A stretch of 64,000 nucleotides of DNA from Candidatus Binatia bacterium. GTDB lineage: Bacteria > Desulfobacterota > Binatia > HRBIN30. The notes under the pieces were generated by a model, which saw only the letters and a program-made list of their open reading frames with translations, made no database searches and was not told where the DNA came from. The stretch lies in the NCBI GenBank assembly GCA_038245295.1, contig JBBRSP010000010.1, positions 64,001 through 128,000 on the forward strand, read 5' to 3'. Both the position numbers and the translations under genes were made by a program. Every line of letters starts with the position of its first letter. Positions within the stretch are counted from its first letter, which is position 1. Positions 10,260 through 23,330 of this stretch are shown one piece after another.

Positions 10260-13200
10260 CTAGTAACACTGGACAGTCGTGGATGCGGTGCTGACGCGGT
10301 TGACGCAGTGCAAGTAGGTAATCTGGGCGTTGTAGCCGGAGGCGTCGGTGACCACGAGCGTCAGCGGTCCGGTCAAGGTCGGGAAGACCGGCGGGTTCAG
10401 ATCGATGTGCAGCTTGGCCCGCAGAGTCGTGATGCCATCCTTGCCGTAGGCGAAGCGCATGCGGTCGGCGTGATTGGCCAACGACTGCGCGCGGCAGAAC
10501 GAATCGACGCCACCCGGACATCCCTTGCCCTGTGTCAGCGGCACGCCCGGCAGAGAGGTAACAATATCGATGCCGGTAGCGTCGGTCATGACGATGTCGA
10601 TCGGTGCCTGGATGACCGAACCGTTGTTGGTCGGCTGGTAGCAGCCCGGCGGCGGCGGGCAGCTGGATGCCGACATCTGCATTTGGACCTCACCCGGCGT
10701 CTTCTTGTAGGCGATCAGCTTCAGGGACTTGGTTCCCGTACACGGCCCGGTGACCGGTGGGTGCGTCGCCGTGGGTGCGGGCGGGACGGTGGCGGTGGGA
10801 GTCGGTGTCGGCACACCCGGCGGCAACGTGCGGACCGGCGTCGCCGACGGCCCTGGCTGAATCGGTGTACGCGTCGCCGTCGGCGGCACGGCCACGCAGC
10901 TTGCGTAGACGACGTTGGTCGGATCCGACGCCGAGTTGTTGGCGCCGTTCGGGTCGTTCGGGTAACTCACCGAGGCGGTATTGGTACTGATCTCACAAGC
11001 ATTCGAGGCCACCGACACCGTCAGGCTGAGATAACTCACCGTATTCTGCGGCATCGAGTTGACCAGCGTGCAGGTGACGATCTGGCCGTTGGCATTGCAG
11101 GACCAGCCGTTGCCGCTCGAGCGCACGTAGCTGAAGCCAACCGGCAGCGTATCGGTGACGGTGATCGGCGACGATGTCGAGGAGGGCCCGAGATTGGTGA
11201 CACCAATCGAGTAGACCCAACTCTGTCCGGCACGGAACGAGCCGGAATGGGTCTTGGCAATCTTGAGATCCGAGAGTCCCGTGGTTGGTGTCGGCGTCGG
11301 CGGGGCCAGCAAGCCGGCATCGATGGCCGGGGTATTTGGTCCTGGCTGCAGGGCGAAGACCGAGGTTCCGCCCGAGGCCGCGTTGGCGTCGCTATCGACG
11401 TTCGGATTACCGCCCTGTTGCGGCGGCGTGAATTGGTAACCCGTCGGCGGTGTGAACTGCACCGAGTAGTCTCCCGGCGTCAGGCCAGAGAAGGTGTACT
11501 GACCGCTGCTGTTGGTGGTCGTGGTGCCGACCGGGGTGCCGGAGGAATTGTACAGTGTCACGGTTGTTCCCGGGACACCGGGCTCGCCGGGATCCTGGAT
11601 ACCGTTCTGGTTCCTGTCGTTCCACACGAAGCCGGTGAAACTCGACGACAGTGGTGTTGCCGTGCGCGTCGCCGTTGCGGTGAACGTCGGGGTCCGCGTG
11701 AACGTACGGGTTGGCGTGTTGGTCGCCGTGAACGTGAACGTCGGGGTGAAGGTGAACGTCGGGGTGAACGTATTGGTCGGCGTGAACGTCGGGGTGAACG
11801 TACGCGTCGGCGTGTTCGTCGGCGTGTTGGTGCGCGTCGGTGTTGGGGTCGCCGTCGGAATCAGCGAGAAACCGAAGTCGGTATTGTCGCTCGACAGGCC
11901 CTTGTTGACGCTGGCGTTCTCGCCGGCTGGGTTGTCGGAGTCGAGGGCCTCGCCGGTCTGGTTCTGCGGGCTCGCCATGTAGCCGGCCGGCGTGCCGACC
12001 GTCACTACATAGGTCGGCTCGCCGCCGCCGACGCCATCGAAGTTTTCGTCGAGCAACAGGTTGTCGAAGCTGTAGATACCATTGCTATCCGTCGTGGTGC
12101 TCAACACCACGCTGCCCGCGCTACCCGGATAGGTGATTGTCAACGTCACCGTGACACCAGGCAGCCCTGGCTCGCCTGGGTCCTGGACGCCGTTGTGATT
12201 CGTGTCGTTCCAGACGAAATTGCCCAGTGCCGCCGGATCACCGTAGAACCCGAAGTCGGCGGTCGTATTGACCTGGCCGCCACCGACGGAGACCGGGTAG
12301 CCGTTGACCTGGCTGTTGTTGTCGGCAAACGGGCTCGGGCCGTCCGACTTCCACAGTCCCGCCAGCACGTTGTTGTCGTCGGTGACGTTGACCGTGTAGG
12401 TGCCATCGGGGAGGCCGCTGAAGCTGTAGTTGCCGTTGCCGTCGGTCGTCGTCGTGGCGACGATGTTGCCGTTGCCGTCGAGGAGGACGACGGTGACGCC
12501 CGGCTCACCACTGACTTCACCGCCCTGCTTGGTGCCGTCGCTGTTGGTGTCGTTCCAGATCGTCCCGCCGATGGTGTTGGGCGAGCTGAGGTCGCGGTAG
12601 CCGAAGTCTTGGGTCAGATCGATCTGACCCGCCACCACGGTCAGGGTCGATTCACTGGCGATGCCGCCGTCGGGATCCGTCGTGTTGGTAACGCCGGTTG
12701 GTAGTGTCGACGTATCGACACGGACGAAGTAGGTGCCGGCGGGCAAGTTGCCGAAGGCGTACGTGCCATTCTCACTGGTCATGGTCGTCTGCAGCACAAA
12801 CGAACCGGTAGAGTCGTAGAGCCTGACGGTCACACCCTCGAGACCTTCGCCGGGATCGGCAATGCCGTCGCCGTCGCGGTCAAGGAAGATCGTGTCACCA
12901 ATCAACGCCCGCCCGGGTGTTTGCCCGGGAGCTGTGTAGCCGAAGTCCTGCGCTGTGTTCGGCGCACCGGTCAGGTTGGTCACGGCGCTGATGCCGAGTC
13001 CGCTTACCAATCCGCTCGCCGGCGAAGCGCCGTCGCTGTCGTAGGTGGCCGAGTCGGTGCCCAACACATTGGCCGTGTCGTTGACCCAGACGAGGTAGTC
13101 ATCGGTGCCGACGCCGTCGGTGATCGGCAGACCAGGGAACGAATAGTTGCCGCTGGTGTCGGTGATGTCGGACGCAATGATCGGCTCGCCCGCATCCCAG

Positions 13201-16200
13201 CGGCCGTTGCCGTTCAGATCGCGGATGAGCGCCACTGTCACACCGGGAATGCCGTACTCGAGTGTGTCTCCGCCGCCGGGTGTGCCGGCTGGGCCTTGCT
13301 GATCGGCATCGGCGTCGAACCAGACCGTGCCGCCGATGAGGCCGCTGGCACCGGTGGGTCGGTAGCCGAAGTCGGCGTTGGTAAAGACGTCGCCGGGTGC
13401 CAGGACGATCGGTGACGTCGTGCGATTGTCGAGCGTCGAGTCCGGGTCGCCGGTCGGCGTGTAGCCCGTCGGGTTGTTACCGTTGTTGATCTCGACGACG
13501 TAGATGCCTTCCGGCAAGCCGTCGAAGTTGTAGTTGCCGGCGGCATTGGTAACCGTCGAGGCGAACACCGAGTCGACGATGCCGTCATTGTTGCTGTCGT
13601 AGAGCAGGGTGACGCTGACACCGCCCATGCCGGCCTCGCCGGGGTCCTGGATGCCGTCGCCATCGGCATCGATCCAAACGCGATCGCCGATCGAGCCGGT
13701 GCCGCTGTTGCCGGTAACCGACGTGGTCGGGTTCCAGTTGTATCCGAAGTCGACGTCCTGAACTTCTTGTCCGGCCGCAACCGAGACAAGCGTCGAACTG
13801 TCGCCGCCGCCGTCGAGATCGAAGGTCGGATTGGCTGCGAGGTTCGGCGGCAGACTGCTCGTGTCGATACGGACCTCATAGGTCCCCGCCACGACATCGA
13901 AGCTGTAGTGACCATTGGTGTCGGTCACCGTCGTCGCCAGGAGAACAGTGCCCGTGGAGTCGTAGAGGTTGACGACCACATTCGGGATGCCGTCCTCACC
14001 CGGATCCTGGATTCCGTTGCCATTCTCGTCGAGCCACACGGAATCACCGATTACGCCGGGTTGCGGCGTCGGCGTTGGTGTCGACGTCGCGGTCGGCGTC
14101 GCCGTCGCCGTCGGCGTTGGTGTACTCGTCGGGGTACGCGTCGGCGTATTGGTTGGTGTGTTCGTCGGCGTGTTCGTCGGCGTATTCGTGGGCGTACGTG
14201 TCGGTGTGTTGGTCGGCGTATTCGTTGGCGTCGATGTTGGCGTATTGGTCGGCGTGCTGGTGCGCGTCGACGTCGGCGTCGCCGTCGGGATCAACGAGAA
14301 ACCGAAGTCGTAGATGTCGACGAGCAGGCTCTTGCTGGCGCTGGCGGGTTCGCCGGCCGGGTTGTCGGAGTCGAACGCCTCGGTGGTCTGATTCTGCGGG
14401 CTGGCCATGTAGCCGGCTGGAGTGCTGACGGTGATCACATAGGTCGGCTCGCCGGGGCCAACGCCGTCGAAGTTCTCGTCGAGCAGCAGGTTGCCGAAGT
14501 TGTAGGCGCCGCTGCCGTCGCTGGTGGTCGTCAGCACGGTGGTGCCGGCACCGCCAGGATAGGTGATGGTCAAGGTCACCGTGACACCGGCGAGACCAGG
14601 CTCGCCAAAATCCTGGATACCGTTGTGATTTGTATCGTTCCACACGAAGTTGCCGATCGCGGCCGGAGCTCCGTAGAACCCGAAGTCGCCGGTCGTGTTG
14701 GTTTGGCCGGCGCTGACCGTCACTCCATATCCGTTGATCTGGCTATTGTTGTCGGATCCGGGGCTTGGGCCGTTCGACTTCCACAGGCCGCCGAGAACGT
14801 TGTCGTCGTCGGTGACGTTGACCGTGTAGCTGCCGTCGGGCAGCCCACTGAAGCTGTAGTTGCCGCTGGCATCGGTGGTCGTGGTCGCCACGATGTTGCC
14901 ATTGCCGTCGCGCAGCACGACGGTGACGCCGGGCTTGCCGGTCACTTCACCTGCTTGCTTGGTGCCGTCGCTGTTGGTGTCCGACCAGATTGTCCCGCCG
15001 ATGGTGTTGGGCGAGCTCAGGTCGCGGTAGCCGAAGTCCTGCGTCAGATCGATCTGACCCGCCACCACGGTGAGTGTCGACTCGCTGGCGATGCCGCCAT
15101 CGGGATCGGTCGTGTTAGTTACGCCCGTTGGCAGGGTCGTCGTGTCGACGCGCACGACGTAGGTGCCGGCCGGAAGATTGCCGAAGGCATAGGTACCGTT
15201 CTCGCTCGTCGTGGTGGTTTGTAGGACAAACGAACCGGTCGAGTCGTACAAGCGGACGGTCACACCCTCGAGACCTTCGCCGGGGTCGGCAATGCCGTCG
15301 CCGTCGCGATCGAGGAAGATCGTGTCACCGATCAATGCCCTACCGGGCGTCTGCCCAGGGGCCGTGTAGCCGAAATCCTGCGCCGTGTTGGCGACGGCCG
15401 AGAGATTGAGAACGGAGCTGATACCGAGCCCTGTCACCAGACCGCTTCCCGGCGCGGCGCCGTCGCTATCGTAGGTCGGCGTGTCGGTGCCCAGGACATT
15501 GTTCGTATCGTTGGCCCAGACCAGGTAGTCGTCGGTGCCAACGCCATCGGTAATCGGCAGACCCGAGAACTGATAGTTGCCGCCGGCGTCGGTGATGTCC
15601 GACGCGATGATCGGCTCACCGGCATCCCAGCGGCCGTTGCCGTTGAGATCACGGATCAGCGCGACGCTGACACCGGGGATGCCATACTCCAGAGTATCAC
15701 CGCCGCCGGGAGTTCCGGCGGGCCCCTGCTGGTCGGCATCGGCATCGAACCAGATGGTACCGCCAATGACGCCGCTGACGCCGGTTGGCTGATAGCCGAA
15801 GTCGGCATTGGCGAAGACGTCGCCGGGGGCCAGGACGATTGGCGCGGTGGTGCGATTGTCGAGGGTCGTATCCGGATCACCGGTCGCCGTGTAGCCGGTC
15901 GGGGCGGCGCCACCGTTGATCTCGACGACGTAGATGCCTTGCGGCAGGCTGTCGAAGATGTAGTTGCCGGCGCCGTCGGTAACGGTCGAGCCGAACACGG
16001 CATCAACGATGCCGTCGTTGTTGCTGTCATAGCGCAGGGTGACGCTGACACCGGCGAGGCCGGCCTCACCGAGGTCCTGAACACCGTCACCATCGGCATC
16101 GATCCAGACGCGATCACCGATCGAGCCGGTGCCGCTGTTGCCGGTGATCGACGTAGTGGGATTCCAGTTGTACCCAAAGTCGACGTCCTGAACTTCTTCG

Positions 16201-19200
16201 CCCGGGGCAACCGAGACAAGCACTGAGCTGTCGCCGCCGCCGTCGCGGTCAAAAGTCGGATTCGCGGCCAGGTTCGGTGACAGGCTGCTCGTGTCGACGC
16301 GCACCACGTAGGTGCCGGCGACGACGTCGAAGCTGTAGTGGCCGTTGGTGTCGGTCACCGTCGTCGTCAGCAGGGTCGTGCCGGTCGAGTCGTAGAGATT
16401 GACGACAACGTTGGGGATGCCGTCCTCACCCGGGTCCTGGATGCCGTTGCCATTCTCATCCAGCCACACGGAATCGCCGATCACGCCCGGTTGCGGCGTC
16501 GGGGTCGGTGTTGCGGTGGCCGTCGGTGTTGACGTCGACGTCGGGGTCGGTGTGCTGGTTGTCGTCCGCGTTGGGGTGTTGGTCGGCGTGTTCGTCGGCG
16601 TACTCGTGGGCGTGTTGGTGGGAGTGTTTGTCGGCGTATTCGTCGGTGTGTTGGTCGGCGTACGAGTCGGGGTGTTGGTTGGTGTCTGAGTAACCGTCGG
16701 CGTCTGCGTCGGCGTGTTGGTTGGAGTGTTGGTCGGGGTGTTCGTCGGCGTCGACGTCGGCGTCTGGGTGATCGTTGGAGTCTGCGTCGGCGTGTTGGTC
16801 GGCGTGCGTGTCGGGGTGTTCGTCGGCGTCAACGTCGGTGTCTGGGTAATCGTCGGCGTCGACGTCGGCGTGTTGGTCGGCGTCTGAGTGATCGTCGGCG
16901 TCGACGTCGGCGTGTTGGTCGGCGTACGCGTCGGCGTATTGGTCGGCGTCAACGTCGGTGTCTGGGTAATCGTCGGCGTCTGCGTCGGCGTGTTGGTCGG
17001 CGTGCTCGTCGGCGTATTGGTTGGCGTATTGGTCGGCGTCTGTGTGATCGTCGGCGTCTGCGTCGGCGTCCGGGTAATGGTTGGTGTCTGGGTCGGCGTA
17101 TTCGTCGGTGTACTCGTCGGGGTATTGGTTGGCGTATTCGTCGGCGTCTGAGTGATCGTCGGCGTCTGCGTTGGCGTGTTGGTAGGGGTGCGCGTCGGCG
17201 TGTTCGTCGGCGTCAACGTCGGCGTATTGGTCGGCGTCTGTGTGATCGTCGGTGTGTTGGTCGGCGTGCTGGTCGGGGTCTTCGTCGGAGTGCTTGTCGG
17301 GGTACTCGTCGCCGTTGGTGTGCGCGTTGGCGTCGCCACGAGGATCGTCAGAGGATAGTCCTCGATCTCGCCGTCGTTGGCTTGTGCGGTCGGTGACAAG
17401 GAGGCCGCGGTGCTCAGGCGCAAACGGAGATACGACTGGCCACCAACGATCCCGCTGAGGCCGGTCCAGGTGAGACTGACAGTCTGCGCCGCCACGTTCG
17501 GCAGAACCACGACAGATTGTCGTTCCGACGGATCATCGAAAACGCCGTTGCCGTTGAAATCGATCCATCCGTAGAGAGTGGCGTTGGAACCGGTATTGTT
17601 AAGCACAGTGATATTGCCGGGGTTGTAGGTGGTCGCCGTCGTCACCAACGTGGCGAGAGCACCGATGCCATCCTCGTCGTCGACACCACTCAAGTCATCC
17701 GAATTGGCCGTGGTGTTGTTCGACGGGTTGCCGGTGCCCTCGGCGTCGATCAACGTGCCGAGTTTCAACGTGCTGGCAGTCGACGTCGTGATGCAGCTAA
17801 TCGCGTGGCGGGCCGTCGCGGTCCCGTAGCTCAACGGTGCATCGCCATAGTCGAACGCCGCGAGGCTGACGCCAAATATGATATGAGCATCGGCGGTGCC
17901 GCTGGATGGGTTGTTGCGGGTTGGGTCAAAAACAGACCCGACCGCCTGGCTCCCAGTCGCGTCGCCAATCAACTGCGGCACGTGGGCGCCGGCACCGCTG
18001 CTGGCAGAGTGGCTTGTGGTACCGAGGAAGAATGAATCTCCGTTGACGGTGAGATGGTTCGTGCCGCGTGGTGACGCGGTGGAGCCGAAGTAGTCGTTGC
18101 GGCTACCGCCGGCGAGGGTTGCAAAGTGTAGGGTCTTCAGATCGGTACTGAACACCGACACATGCATGTCGAGATCGGCAGCGGCGGAGGCGGTCGCGCT
18201 GAAGAACGACTCTCCGTTGATGTTCTTCGTCGGTACATCGGCAGCACCGGCGGCGGCCTGCTCGTGGACGCTGTAGACCATCAGGACCTTTGAGACGCTG
18301 CAACTCGGTTGCTGCACGCGGATGACGATGCCGATCGTGCCGGCATTGGCGCCGCAACCGGCCGTGCAACCATAGTAGGTCGACGCAAAACCAGAGGGGG
18401 CGCCCGCCGCGGGCACCGTCACCTTGCCAATGATCATATCACCGATGTTGATGCCGCCCTGGTTTACGTTGGCGCCGCTGTAGCTCGAGTCAAAGTTGCC
18501 CGTGGCTCCGGGGAAGTCAGTAGAGCGCGTCGTTCCGGTCCAATACAGCGTCGTGCCGTCGAGCGCCAAACCATTGAAGTAGTCGTCGCCGTTGCCACCG
18601 ATCAGATCGAGGTACTGGAAGGCGCCACCGGCGCTCGGGATAGTGCCAATGAAACCCGTCCGGCCGCCGACTCCGGCCGCCGCTTGACTGTTCACCTCTG
18701 CCGGGAAGCCGGTCGTCGAATCGGTGTCGCCGGAAAAGGCGATACGCCCGTCGGCCATCACCTGGATGTCGTTGATGACATCCGTAGTTCCGTTACCGCC
18801 GACGTAGGTGCCGAACGTCAGTGTATTGATCGTACCGAACTTCGCGACGTAGCCTTCCTGACTGGTCAGCGTCGCGTCCGCGGCATTAACGATATACGCC
18901 GCCGGCAGGGCAGCACCGACAATACCCGAGACAACGAAGCTCGTGTCACTCAAGGCGCGAATCGAATACATGCGATCCGTACCGGTTGCGCCGAGATAGG
19001 TCGCGTAGGTCAAGCTGCTCAGATTCTTGGGGAAGACAGCGACAAACCCGTCTTGTCCCCCACCCTGGGTGGAGTCGAAGGCGTTCGCCGTCAGCGGCAG
19101 TCCGGCGCCCGCCTCGCCGGCGATGAAGACGTTATTCGCGGAAAGACTCAGACCATAGATCTGGTCACTGTTCGCACCACCGTAGTAGGTCGCATAAACG

Positions 19201-20303
19201 ACGTTCTTGCCGTCCGCAGAAAGCGCGTAGACGATTCCATCCTGGCCGGCGTTGTAACTGGTGTCGTAGCCGCCCGCCGGCAGGTACGGAGAGACATCGG
19301 CAACGTTCACGACGCCGCCGCAGTAGACCAACCCAGTGCTCGTCTCCGCTTCCGTGGCGAACAGGTACTGGTCAAACGAACCGTTGTTGTTGTCGAACCA
19401 CGTGCCCCAAACCAGCGTCGGATCGATGATCAGCGGGTAGCGCGAATCGATCTCTTGCTTGGTCTCAAAGGAGACCCTTCCCGACGTCGTCTTGGCAAAG
19501 GCAAACTCGACTGGCGTCTTGCCGGCAGGGGTCACCTGGTAGGCTACGGGCGAGGAGAAATGGACCGGGCCGAAGCGCAGGGCGAGATCGAGAGAGCCAT
19601 CGTCGGCGACGGAGACTCCGTCCGGACCCTCAATTTGCAAATTCACGGCGCGGTAGTCGACACCGGCGTCGACGATCCAGTCATACTCCAGCTTGCGGCT
19701 GTCCTCGCTGTAAAGACGCAGCGAGATGCCGGGATATACGTCGTGCAGCGTCAGTTCCTTGAAGGCCGGGACGTTGCTGGCCCAACGCGACCGATCGGCA
19801 CCACGCATGTAGTTGAAGGCCGTTACAAAGGCCTCGCCGGTTTCCACATTGGGATGCTGGTTTCCGCCGACGAAGCGGACGATGAAGGTGTGCGAATCGG
19901 TATGTGGGGCCTGCACGGATTGAAGGTGCTCCTGGGAGCGGTTGTCCTGTGCCTCCGCAGCGTCCGGCTGGTGGACAATCTGAAAGACCAGCCTGTCCGC
20001 CTCGACGAAAACCTGGCCGGCTTCCGTGGTCAGACCGAAAAGCACCTCGGACGGCCATTGGCCGTCGTTGCGGATGAACTTGATCGTCTCAGCGTTCTTC
20101 TTGAGCGCGTCGACGAGTTTGGCCTTCTCAGCGGCGCTGATGCCGGAAGACGGAGGAGATTGAGACGAGGCTTCTTGGCCGCCACCTGCCGAGAACTCCG
20201 AGACAGCAGGCATGACCGCCGCCACGGATGGGTAGGGAGAAACTGCAGCTACGATTAGCAGAGCCGCACTCGATGCCGCGTAAACGGCGACCAACTTCTT
20301 CAT
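10260..20303 (-). CDS. Giant secreted/surface protein: SBBP-type beta-propeller region, GEVED-like domain, Pro/Thr linkers, many SdrD-B-like domains, DUF11-like domain
   Basis: Signal peptide; [13 protein letters not shown] and YATYYGG repeats; DYGDAP...DGEIEDY; repeated [19 protein letters not shown]...DFG; DLKIAKT...VTDTLP. Confidence 0.88.
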   Translation of the reverse strand: MKKLVAVYAASSAALLIVAAVSPYPSVAAVMPAVSEFSAGGGQEASSQSPPSSGISAAEKAKLVDALKKNAETIKFIRNDGQWPSEVLFGLTTEAGQVFVEADRLVFQIVHQPDAAEAQDNRSQEHLQSVQAPHTDSHTFIVRFVGGNQHPNVETGEAFVTAFNYMRGADRSRWASNVPAFKELTLHDVYPGISLRLYSEDSRKLEYDWIVDAGVDYRAVNLQIEGPDGVSVADDGSLDLALRFGPVHFSSPVAYQVTPAGKTPVEFAFAKTTSGRVSFETKQEIDSRYPLIIDPTLVWGTWFDNNNGSFDQYLFATEAETSTGLVYCGGVVNVADVSPYLPAGGYDTSYNAGQDGIVYALSADGKNVVYATYYGGANSDQIYGLSLSANNVFIAGEAGAGLPLTANAFDSTQGGGQDGFVAVFPKNLSSLTYATYLGATGTDRMYSIRALSDTSFVVSGIVGAALPAAYIVNAADATLTSQEGYVAKFGTINTLTFGTYVGGNGTTDVINDIQVMADGRIAFSGDTDSTTGFPAEVNSQAAAGVGGRTGFIGTIPSAGGAFQYLDLIGGNGDDYFNGLALDGTTLYWTGTTRSTDFPGATGNFDSSYSGANVNQGGINIGDMIIGKVTVPAAGAPSGFASTYYGCTAGCGANAGTIGIVIRVQQPSCSVSKVLMVYSVHEQAAAGAADVPTKNINGESFFSATASAAADLDMHVSVFSTDLKTLHFATLAGGSRNDYFGSTASPRGTNHLTVNGDSFFLGTTSHSASSGAGAHVPQLIGDATGSQAVGSVFDPTRNNPSSGTADAHIIFGVSLAAFDYGDAPLSYGTATARHAISCITTSTASTLKLGTLIDAEGTGNPSNNTTANSDDLSGVDDEDGIGALATLVTTATTYNPGNITVLNNTGSNATLYGWIDFNGNGVFDDPSERQSVVVLPNVAAQTVSLTWTGLSGIVGGQSYLRLRLSTAASLSPTAQANDGEIEDYPLTILVATPTRTPTATSTPTSTPTKTPTSTPTNTPTITQTPTNTPTLTPTNTPTRTPTNTPTQTPTITQTPTNTPTNTPTSTPTNTPTQTPTITRTPTQTPTITQTPTNTPTNTPTSTPTNTPTQTPTITQTPTLTPTNTPTRTPTNTPTSTPTITQTPTNTPTSTPTITQTPTLTPTNTPTRTPTNTPTQTPTITQTPTSTPTNTPTNTPTNTPTQTPTVTQTPTNTPTRTPTNTPTNTPTNTPTNTPTSTPTNTPTNTPTRTTTSTPTPTSTSTPTATATPTPTPQPGVIGDSVWLDENGNGIQDPGEDGIPNVVVNLYDSTGTTLLTTTVTDTNGHYSFDVVAGTYVVRVDTSSLSPNLAANPTFDRDGGGDSSVLVSVAPGEEVQDVDFGYNWNPTTSITGNSGTGSIGDRVWIDADGDGVQDLGEAGLAGVSVTLRYDSNNDGIVDAVFGSTVTDGAGNYIFDSLPQGIYVVEINGGAAPTGYTATGDPDTTLDNRTTAPIVLAPGDVFANADFGYQPTGVSGVIGGTIWFDADADQQGPAGTPGGGDTLEYGIPGVSVALIRDLNGNGRWDAGEPIIASDITDAGGNYQFSGLPITDGVGTDDYLVWANDTNNVLGTDTPTYDSDGAAPGSGLVTGLGISSVLNLSAVANTAQDFGYTAPGQTPGRALIGDTIFLDRDGDGIADPGEGLEGVTVRLYDSTGSFVLQTTTTSENGTYAFGNLPAGTYVVRVDTTTLPTGVTNTTDPDGGIASESTLTVVAGQIDLTQDFGYRDLSSPNTIGGTIWSDTNSDGTKQAGEVTGKPGVTVVLRDGNGNIVATTTTDASGNYSFSGLPDGSYTVNVTDDDNVLGGLWKSNGPSPGSDNNSQINGYGVTVSAGQTNTTGDFGFYGAPAAIGNFVWNDTNHNGIQDFGEPGLAGVTVTLTITYPGGAGTTVLTTTSDGSGAYNFGNLLLDENFDGVGPGEPTYVITVSTPAGYMASPQNQTTEAFDSDNPAGEPASASKSLLVDIYDFGFSLIPTATPTSTRTSTPTNTPTSTPTNTPTNTPTRTPTNTPTNTPTNTPTNTPTRTPTSTPTPTATATPTATSTPTPTPQPGVIGDSVWLDENGNGIQDPGEDGIPNVVVNLYDSTGTVLLATTVTDTNGHYSFDVVAGTYEVRIDTSSLPPNLAANPTFDLDGGGDSSTLVSVAAGQEVQDVDFGYNWNPTTSVTGNSGTGSIGDRVWIDADGDGIQDPGEAGMGGVSVTLLYDSNNDGIVDSVFASTVTNAAGNYNFDGLPEGIYVVEINNGNNPTGYTPTGDPDSTLDNRTTSPIVLAPGDVFTNADFGYRPTGASGLIGGTVWFDADADQQGPAGTPGGGDTLEYGIPGVTVALIRDLNGNGRWDAGEPIIASDITDTSGNYSFPGLPITDGVGTDDYLVWVNDTANVLGTDSATYDSDGASPASGLVSGLGISAVTNLTGAPNTAQDFGYTAPGQTPGRALIGDTIFLDRDGDGIADPGEGLEGVTVRLYDSTGSFVLQTTMTSENGTYAFGNLPAGTYFVRVDTSTLPTGVTNTTDPDGGIASESTLTVVAGQIDLTQDFGYRDLSSPNTIGGTIWNDTNSDGTKQGGEVSGEPGVTVVLLDGNGNIVATTTTDGNGNYSFSGLPDGTYTVNVTDDNNVLAGLWKSDGPSPFADNNSQVNGYPVSVGGGQVNTTADFGFYGDPAALGNFVWNDTNHNGVQDPGEPGLPGVTVTLTITYPGSAGSVVLSTTTDSNGIYSFDNLLLDENFDGVGGGEPTYVVTVGTPAGYMASPQNQTGEALDSDNPAGENASVNKGLSSDNTDFGFSLIPTATPTPTRTNTPTNTPTRTFTPTFTPTNTFTPTFTFTPTFTFTATNTPTRTFTRTPTFTATATRTATPLSSSFTGFVWNDRNQNGIQDPGEPGVPGTTVTLYNSSGTPVGTTTTNSSGQYTFSGLTPGDYSVQFTPPTGYQFTPPQQGGNPNVDSDANAASGGTSVFALQPGPNTPAIDAGLLAPPTPTPTTGLSDLKIAKTHSGSFRAGQSWVYSIGVTNLGPSSTSSPITVTDTLPVGFSYVRSSGNGWSCNANGQIVTCTLVNSMPQNTVSYLSLTVSVASNACEISTNTASVSYPNDPNGANNSASDPTNVVYASCVAVPPTATRTPIQPGPSATPVRTLPPGVPTPTPTATVPPAPTATHPPVTGPCTGTKSLKLIAYKKTPGEVQMQMSASSCPPPPGCYQPTNNGSVIQAPIDIVMTDATGIDIVTSLPGVPLTQGKGCPGGVDSFCRAQSLANHADRMRFAYGKDGITTLRAKLHIDLNPPVFPTLTGPLTLVVTDASGYNAQITYLHCVNRVSTASTTVQCY
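11850..16510. repeat. Internal duplication of about 2.2 kb within the giant gene (copies ~11850-14070 and ~14280-16510)
   Basis: Protein blocks [17 protein letters not shown]...[13 protein letters not shown] occur twice, with many synonymous and some amino-acid differences. Confidence 0.9.
16490..17340. repeat. Low-complexity [13 protein letters not shown] coding repeat (Pro/Thr linker)
   Basis: Tandem 12-nt units such as GTCGGCGTGTTG; shorter tracts at ~14060-14290 and ~11660-11860. Confidence 0.9.
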
Positions 20304-20588
20304 GAACACCCCTCGTCAGCGAAATGCCATCCACCAGCCATGGAAAAGGCATCCGCTTGCGCAAATCGGACCCTGAGCAACCAGGGGTGCCTGAGCGAGA
20401 GTCATGCCAGGCGGCGCGGGGAGAATTGTCGCTTCGTTGAGGGAGGAGGGGTGTCTCAGCAGCTCTCAGAGATGTTTCCCGCGAGACACTTTAACCGGAT
20501 CGTTGAGATCTCTTACCCAACTATAAGGGTTAGCGAAGCGGTCGGGGCTCCACGGCCCAGAGTCCGCAACCCGGAGATGGGCACCGAG

Positions 20589-21149
20589 CTATTCGATGCC
20601 GAGATGGCTGACGAACTCGCGCAAGGTGCGCTTACCCTCGTGCTCCCGGTTCCAGGCCCTGACCTTCTCCGAGTAGATGGCGCCTTCGTCCCAGAACCGA
20701 CGCTCCATGGCGCCGAGATTGCGCTTGGTCTCGTGGCCGTCCCATTCGTGCGGGCACAGCGTGAGACGCGACAACGAGAGCTTGGCGACACCGCCGCGAT
20801 CTTCGTCGGTGAGCGTGACGTTGAACGGGTGAACCCGGCAGACGAGCGGCCGGTGCTCGTAGACGGTGCAGCGGTTGTCGTCGTCTAGGAAGGTGCAGGC
20901 GCCCTTCTCCCAACGCAGCGCCATGACGACGCGCCGGTTGTCGAGCTTGACCCACCAGGGATGGCGCTTGTCGAAGGCTACATCGCCTTCCTTCACGAAA
21001 CGTACGATGTCCTTCGCGGCGCGCCCGGTGCCCGCCGTGAGACGTTGCAGGTCGGAGTCTGAAATCAGAATGTAGGTGCCACGACAGCAGTTGCCACAAC
21101 CCGTACAACGAAACTTAAGAAACTTTTCCCAATCCGCTTTCACCATCAC
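20589..21149 (-). CDS. YkgJ/FliB-family cysteine-cluster (CxxCxxCC) protein
   Basis: FRCTGCGNCC, CTFLD..RCTVYEHRPLVCRVHPF. Confidence 0.88.
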   Translation of the reverse strand: MMVKADWEKFLKFRCTGCGNCCRGTYILISDSDLQRLTAGTGRAAKDIVRFVKEGDVAFDKRHPWWVKLDNRRVVMALRWEKGACTFLDDDNRCTVYEHRPLVCRVHPFNVTLTDEDRGGVAKLSLSRLTLCPHEWDGHETKRNLGAMERRFWDEGAIYSEKVRAWNREHEGKRTLREFVSHLGIE

Positions 21150-21353
21150 CCTCGTTCGGCCTGCGCGACTAGCAAAGGCCTCGTGAGGAATCGACTGCCC
21201 TACGGCCTGGAATGGCGGCTCCGTTTGAGAAAGAAAAGTTCACCGATTGTGGCCGCCCAACCGGGCACAAGCCCACTTCCTCTCCGCCAAGGGCGCCGAT
21301 ATACCGACGGGGTTGTCATGCGGCGCGGCAGTCGAAACAGAGGGAAGAGAGGA

Positions 21354-22529
21354 ATGTTGAAGCGATCGCGCTTTCTTCAGGACCTCGTGTGGCGCGCATC
21401 CCCGACACAACTACGGGTGCGGCAGTCGCTCCGACGCATCGCTACCGCCGTCATCTTCACACTCGCGTTTGGCACTCGCGTCAGTCAGGCCTGCGTCGGC
21501 GCCGGCTGTTTGCAGATCTGGTCGACCGCCAATGGCAGTGGCCCGCTTACGGTCGAATGGGATCCCACCAAGAAGATCCAGACCTTCGAAGCATTCTGCA
21601 CAACCGACAACACGCAATGTCTGTACAGCGCCATCGACCCGGGGTTCATGGCGCCGCCGACCGATGACACGCCCGCCAATGGCTACTTCGTTCTGAAGGA
21701 TGGAACGGCCGTCTCCGTGGTCATCATCAGTGCCGATGCCGGGTTGTCGATGACCGTCAATGGCAAGAAGCTCTACCAACCCGGCGACACGGCACTACTC
21801 GGCACGATGCCGACGATTCACGTCCATCCGTCGTGGCAGATTGTCGTCCCGGGCGGCCACTATGGGGATTTCATCATCTCGTACCGTCTAACGACCCCGA
21901 CTGCGGACTACCGGCAGTCAGAACCGCTGACGCTGGTGGTCACCAATATTCCACCGCCGCAAGAGACGCCGTCACCGACCCCGACACCGACGGCGTCACC
22001 AACACCGTGTGCCGGCGACTGCAATGACGACGGCGAAGTGACGATCGACGAGTTGATCACCGGCGTGAATCTGGCGCTGGGCACCGCCGCCGGCAATGCG
22101 TGTCCGGCCTGCGATTCCAATCATGACGGCGAGGTCACCATCGACGAGATCGTGGCGGCGGTGAATTCGGCGCTGAACGGTTGCCATGTCACGGCCATCG
22201 CCACACTCGCCGAGATCCAACGCACGATCTTCGATCCCACCTGCGCCACGCCCCTGTGCCACAGCGCCGCAAGTCGCAACGGCAATCTCGATCTCAGCCC
22301 CGGCGCCGCCTACGGCGAGCTCGTCAACGTCACGCCCGACGCCTTCGCGGCGCAGAATGCCGGCTTGCTGCGCGTCAACCCAGGACATCCGGAGAATAGC
22401 TTCCTGCTCATCAAGCTCACCGGCCCGCCGCGTGATCAGGGAAGCCGCATGCCCCTCACCGGCGCGCCGCTCAGCAATGAGCAGATCGATCTGGTGCGTA
22501 ACTGGATCCTGCAGGGCGCGAATCCGTAA
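21354..22529 (+). CDS. Secreted multidomain protein with dockerin-like module and C-terminal cytochrome c-like domain
   Basis: PT linker, CAGDCNDDGEVTIDEL duplicated EF-hand-like motif, CATPLCH, RMP, WILQGA; start uncertain. Confidence 0.7.
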   Translation: MLKRSRFLQDLVWRASPTQLRVRQSLRRIATAVIFTLAFGTRVSQACVGAGCLQIWSTANGSGPLTVEWDPTKKIQTFEAFCTTDNTQCLYSAIDPGFMAPPTDDTPANGYFVLKDGTAVSVVIISADAGLSMTVNGKKLYQPGDTALLGTMPTIHVHPSWQIVVPGGHYGDFIISYRLTTPTADYRQSEPLTLVVTNIPPPQETPSPTPTPTASPTPCAGDCNDDGEVTIDELITGVNLALGTAAGNACPACDSNHDGEVTIDEIVAAVNSALNGCHVTAIATLAEIQRTIFDPTCATPLCHSAASRNGNLDLSPGAAYGELVNVTPDAFAAQNAGLLRVNPGHPENSFLLIKLTGPPRDQGSRMPLTGAPLSNEQIDLVRNWILQGANP

Positions 22530-22578
22530 TGCTTCATGGAACCGTTCGTACTCGTGCAGGAATCTTACGGCAGACGTC

Positions 22579-22651
22579 GCAGGCTGAAGCCTGCGCCTAC
22601 CGTCCACAATCCTGTCCCGCGCCCCACGGGTAGGCGCAGGCTTTAGCCTGC
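22579..22651. repeat. Inverted pair of GTAG-type REP palindromes
   Basis: GCAGGCTGAAGCCTGCGCCTAC and GTAGGCGCAGGCTTTAGCCTGC between convergent genes. Confidence 0.8.
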
Positions 22652-22679
22652 GAAGCCGGCGCCGGCAGATGCACCCGCC

Positions 22680-23318
22680 TCAGCGGATCGAGTCGCCCTC
22701 GAAGTGGATCGGACAGGCAAAAACCTGCGAGAACGTCCGTTTGACCGGTTGTCCCGCCAGCGTCGCTTCGACTGCGTCGGCAAAGAAATGTTGGCTAACC
22801 GTGTCGGGGTTGCGGCTGTCGTCGAGGTTGCCGTGGTAAACGATCTTCCCTGCCCTATCAACGAGCAAGATCTCCGTCGCGCGTGTCAGGTGTAGCTGCT
22901 TCGTCAGGACACCCTTCTGATCATCGACGAGCCGGCCGCCTAGCGCGTTCGCCTTGTGGAAGGCGAATTTGTCCGGACGCGCATCCTCACGGCTCGGATA
23001 GACGTAAATGAAGTCGATGCCCTTCTTGCTGAGCTCGGCGACGGTTTGCGAGAAGCGCTGCGTGTAGTCGCGCGTTACCGGACAGGTGAGGGTGACGACG
23101 ATGTACGCCGTGATCTTGCTGGCCTTGGCCGAGTCGAAGCCGCTCATGGTCGGCGGCTCGGTCGACACATCGACGAGTTCCGTGACGAAGGCCGGCAACT
23201 TGCGGTCGACGAAAGGGTCGGAGAGCGTCGGTACGGGCATCGGGTCCATGGCCACGGCGATATGTGTCAACACCAAGCAGAGGACCGCAATCACGAGAGG
23301 CAATCGCATAAGTCGCAT
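22680..23318 (-). CDS. Exported thioredoxin-fold (redoxin/AhpC-like) protein
   Basis: Signal peptide, TCPV, IVYHGNLDD, AVEATLAG...ACPI. Confidence 0.75.
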   Translation of the reverse strand: MRLMRLPLVIAVLCLVLTHIAVAMDPMPVPTLSDPFVDRKLPAFVTELVDVSTEPPTMSGFDSAKASKITAYIVVTLTCPVTRDYTQRFSQTVAELSKKGIDFIYVYPSREDARPDKFAFHKANALGGRLVDDQKGVLTKQLHLTRATEILLVDRAGKIVYHGNLDDSRNPDTVSQHFFADAVEATLAGQPVKRTFSQVFACPIHFEGDSIR

Positions 23319-23330
23319 CGGGTCAGTCCC

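Noticed and set aside
11850..16510. Duplicated block as a DGR template/variable repeat pair
   Set aside because: Both copies are in-frame coding, differences are not adenine-specific, and no reverse transcriptase is in the window
10308..20258. Long plus-strand ORFs (798, 485 and 649 aa) opposite the giant gene
   Set aside because: Antisense shadows caused by high-GC codon bias; no motifs, and they fully overlap a well-supported CDS
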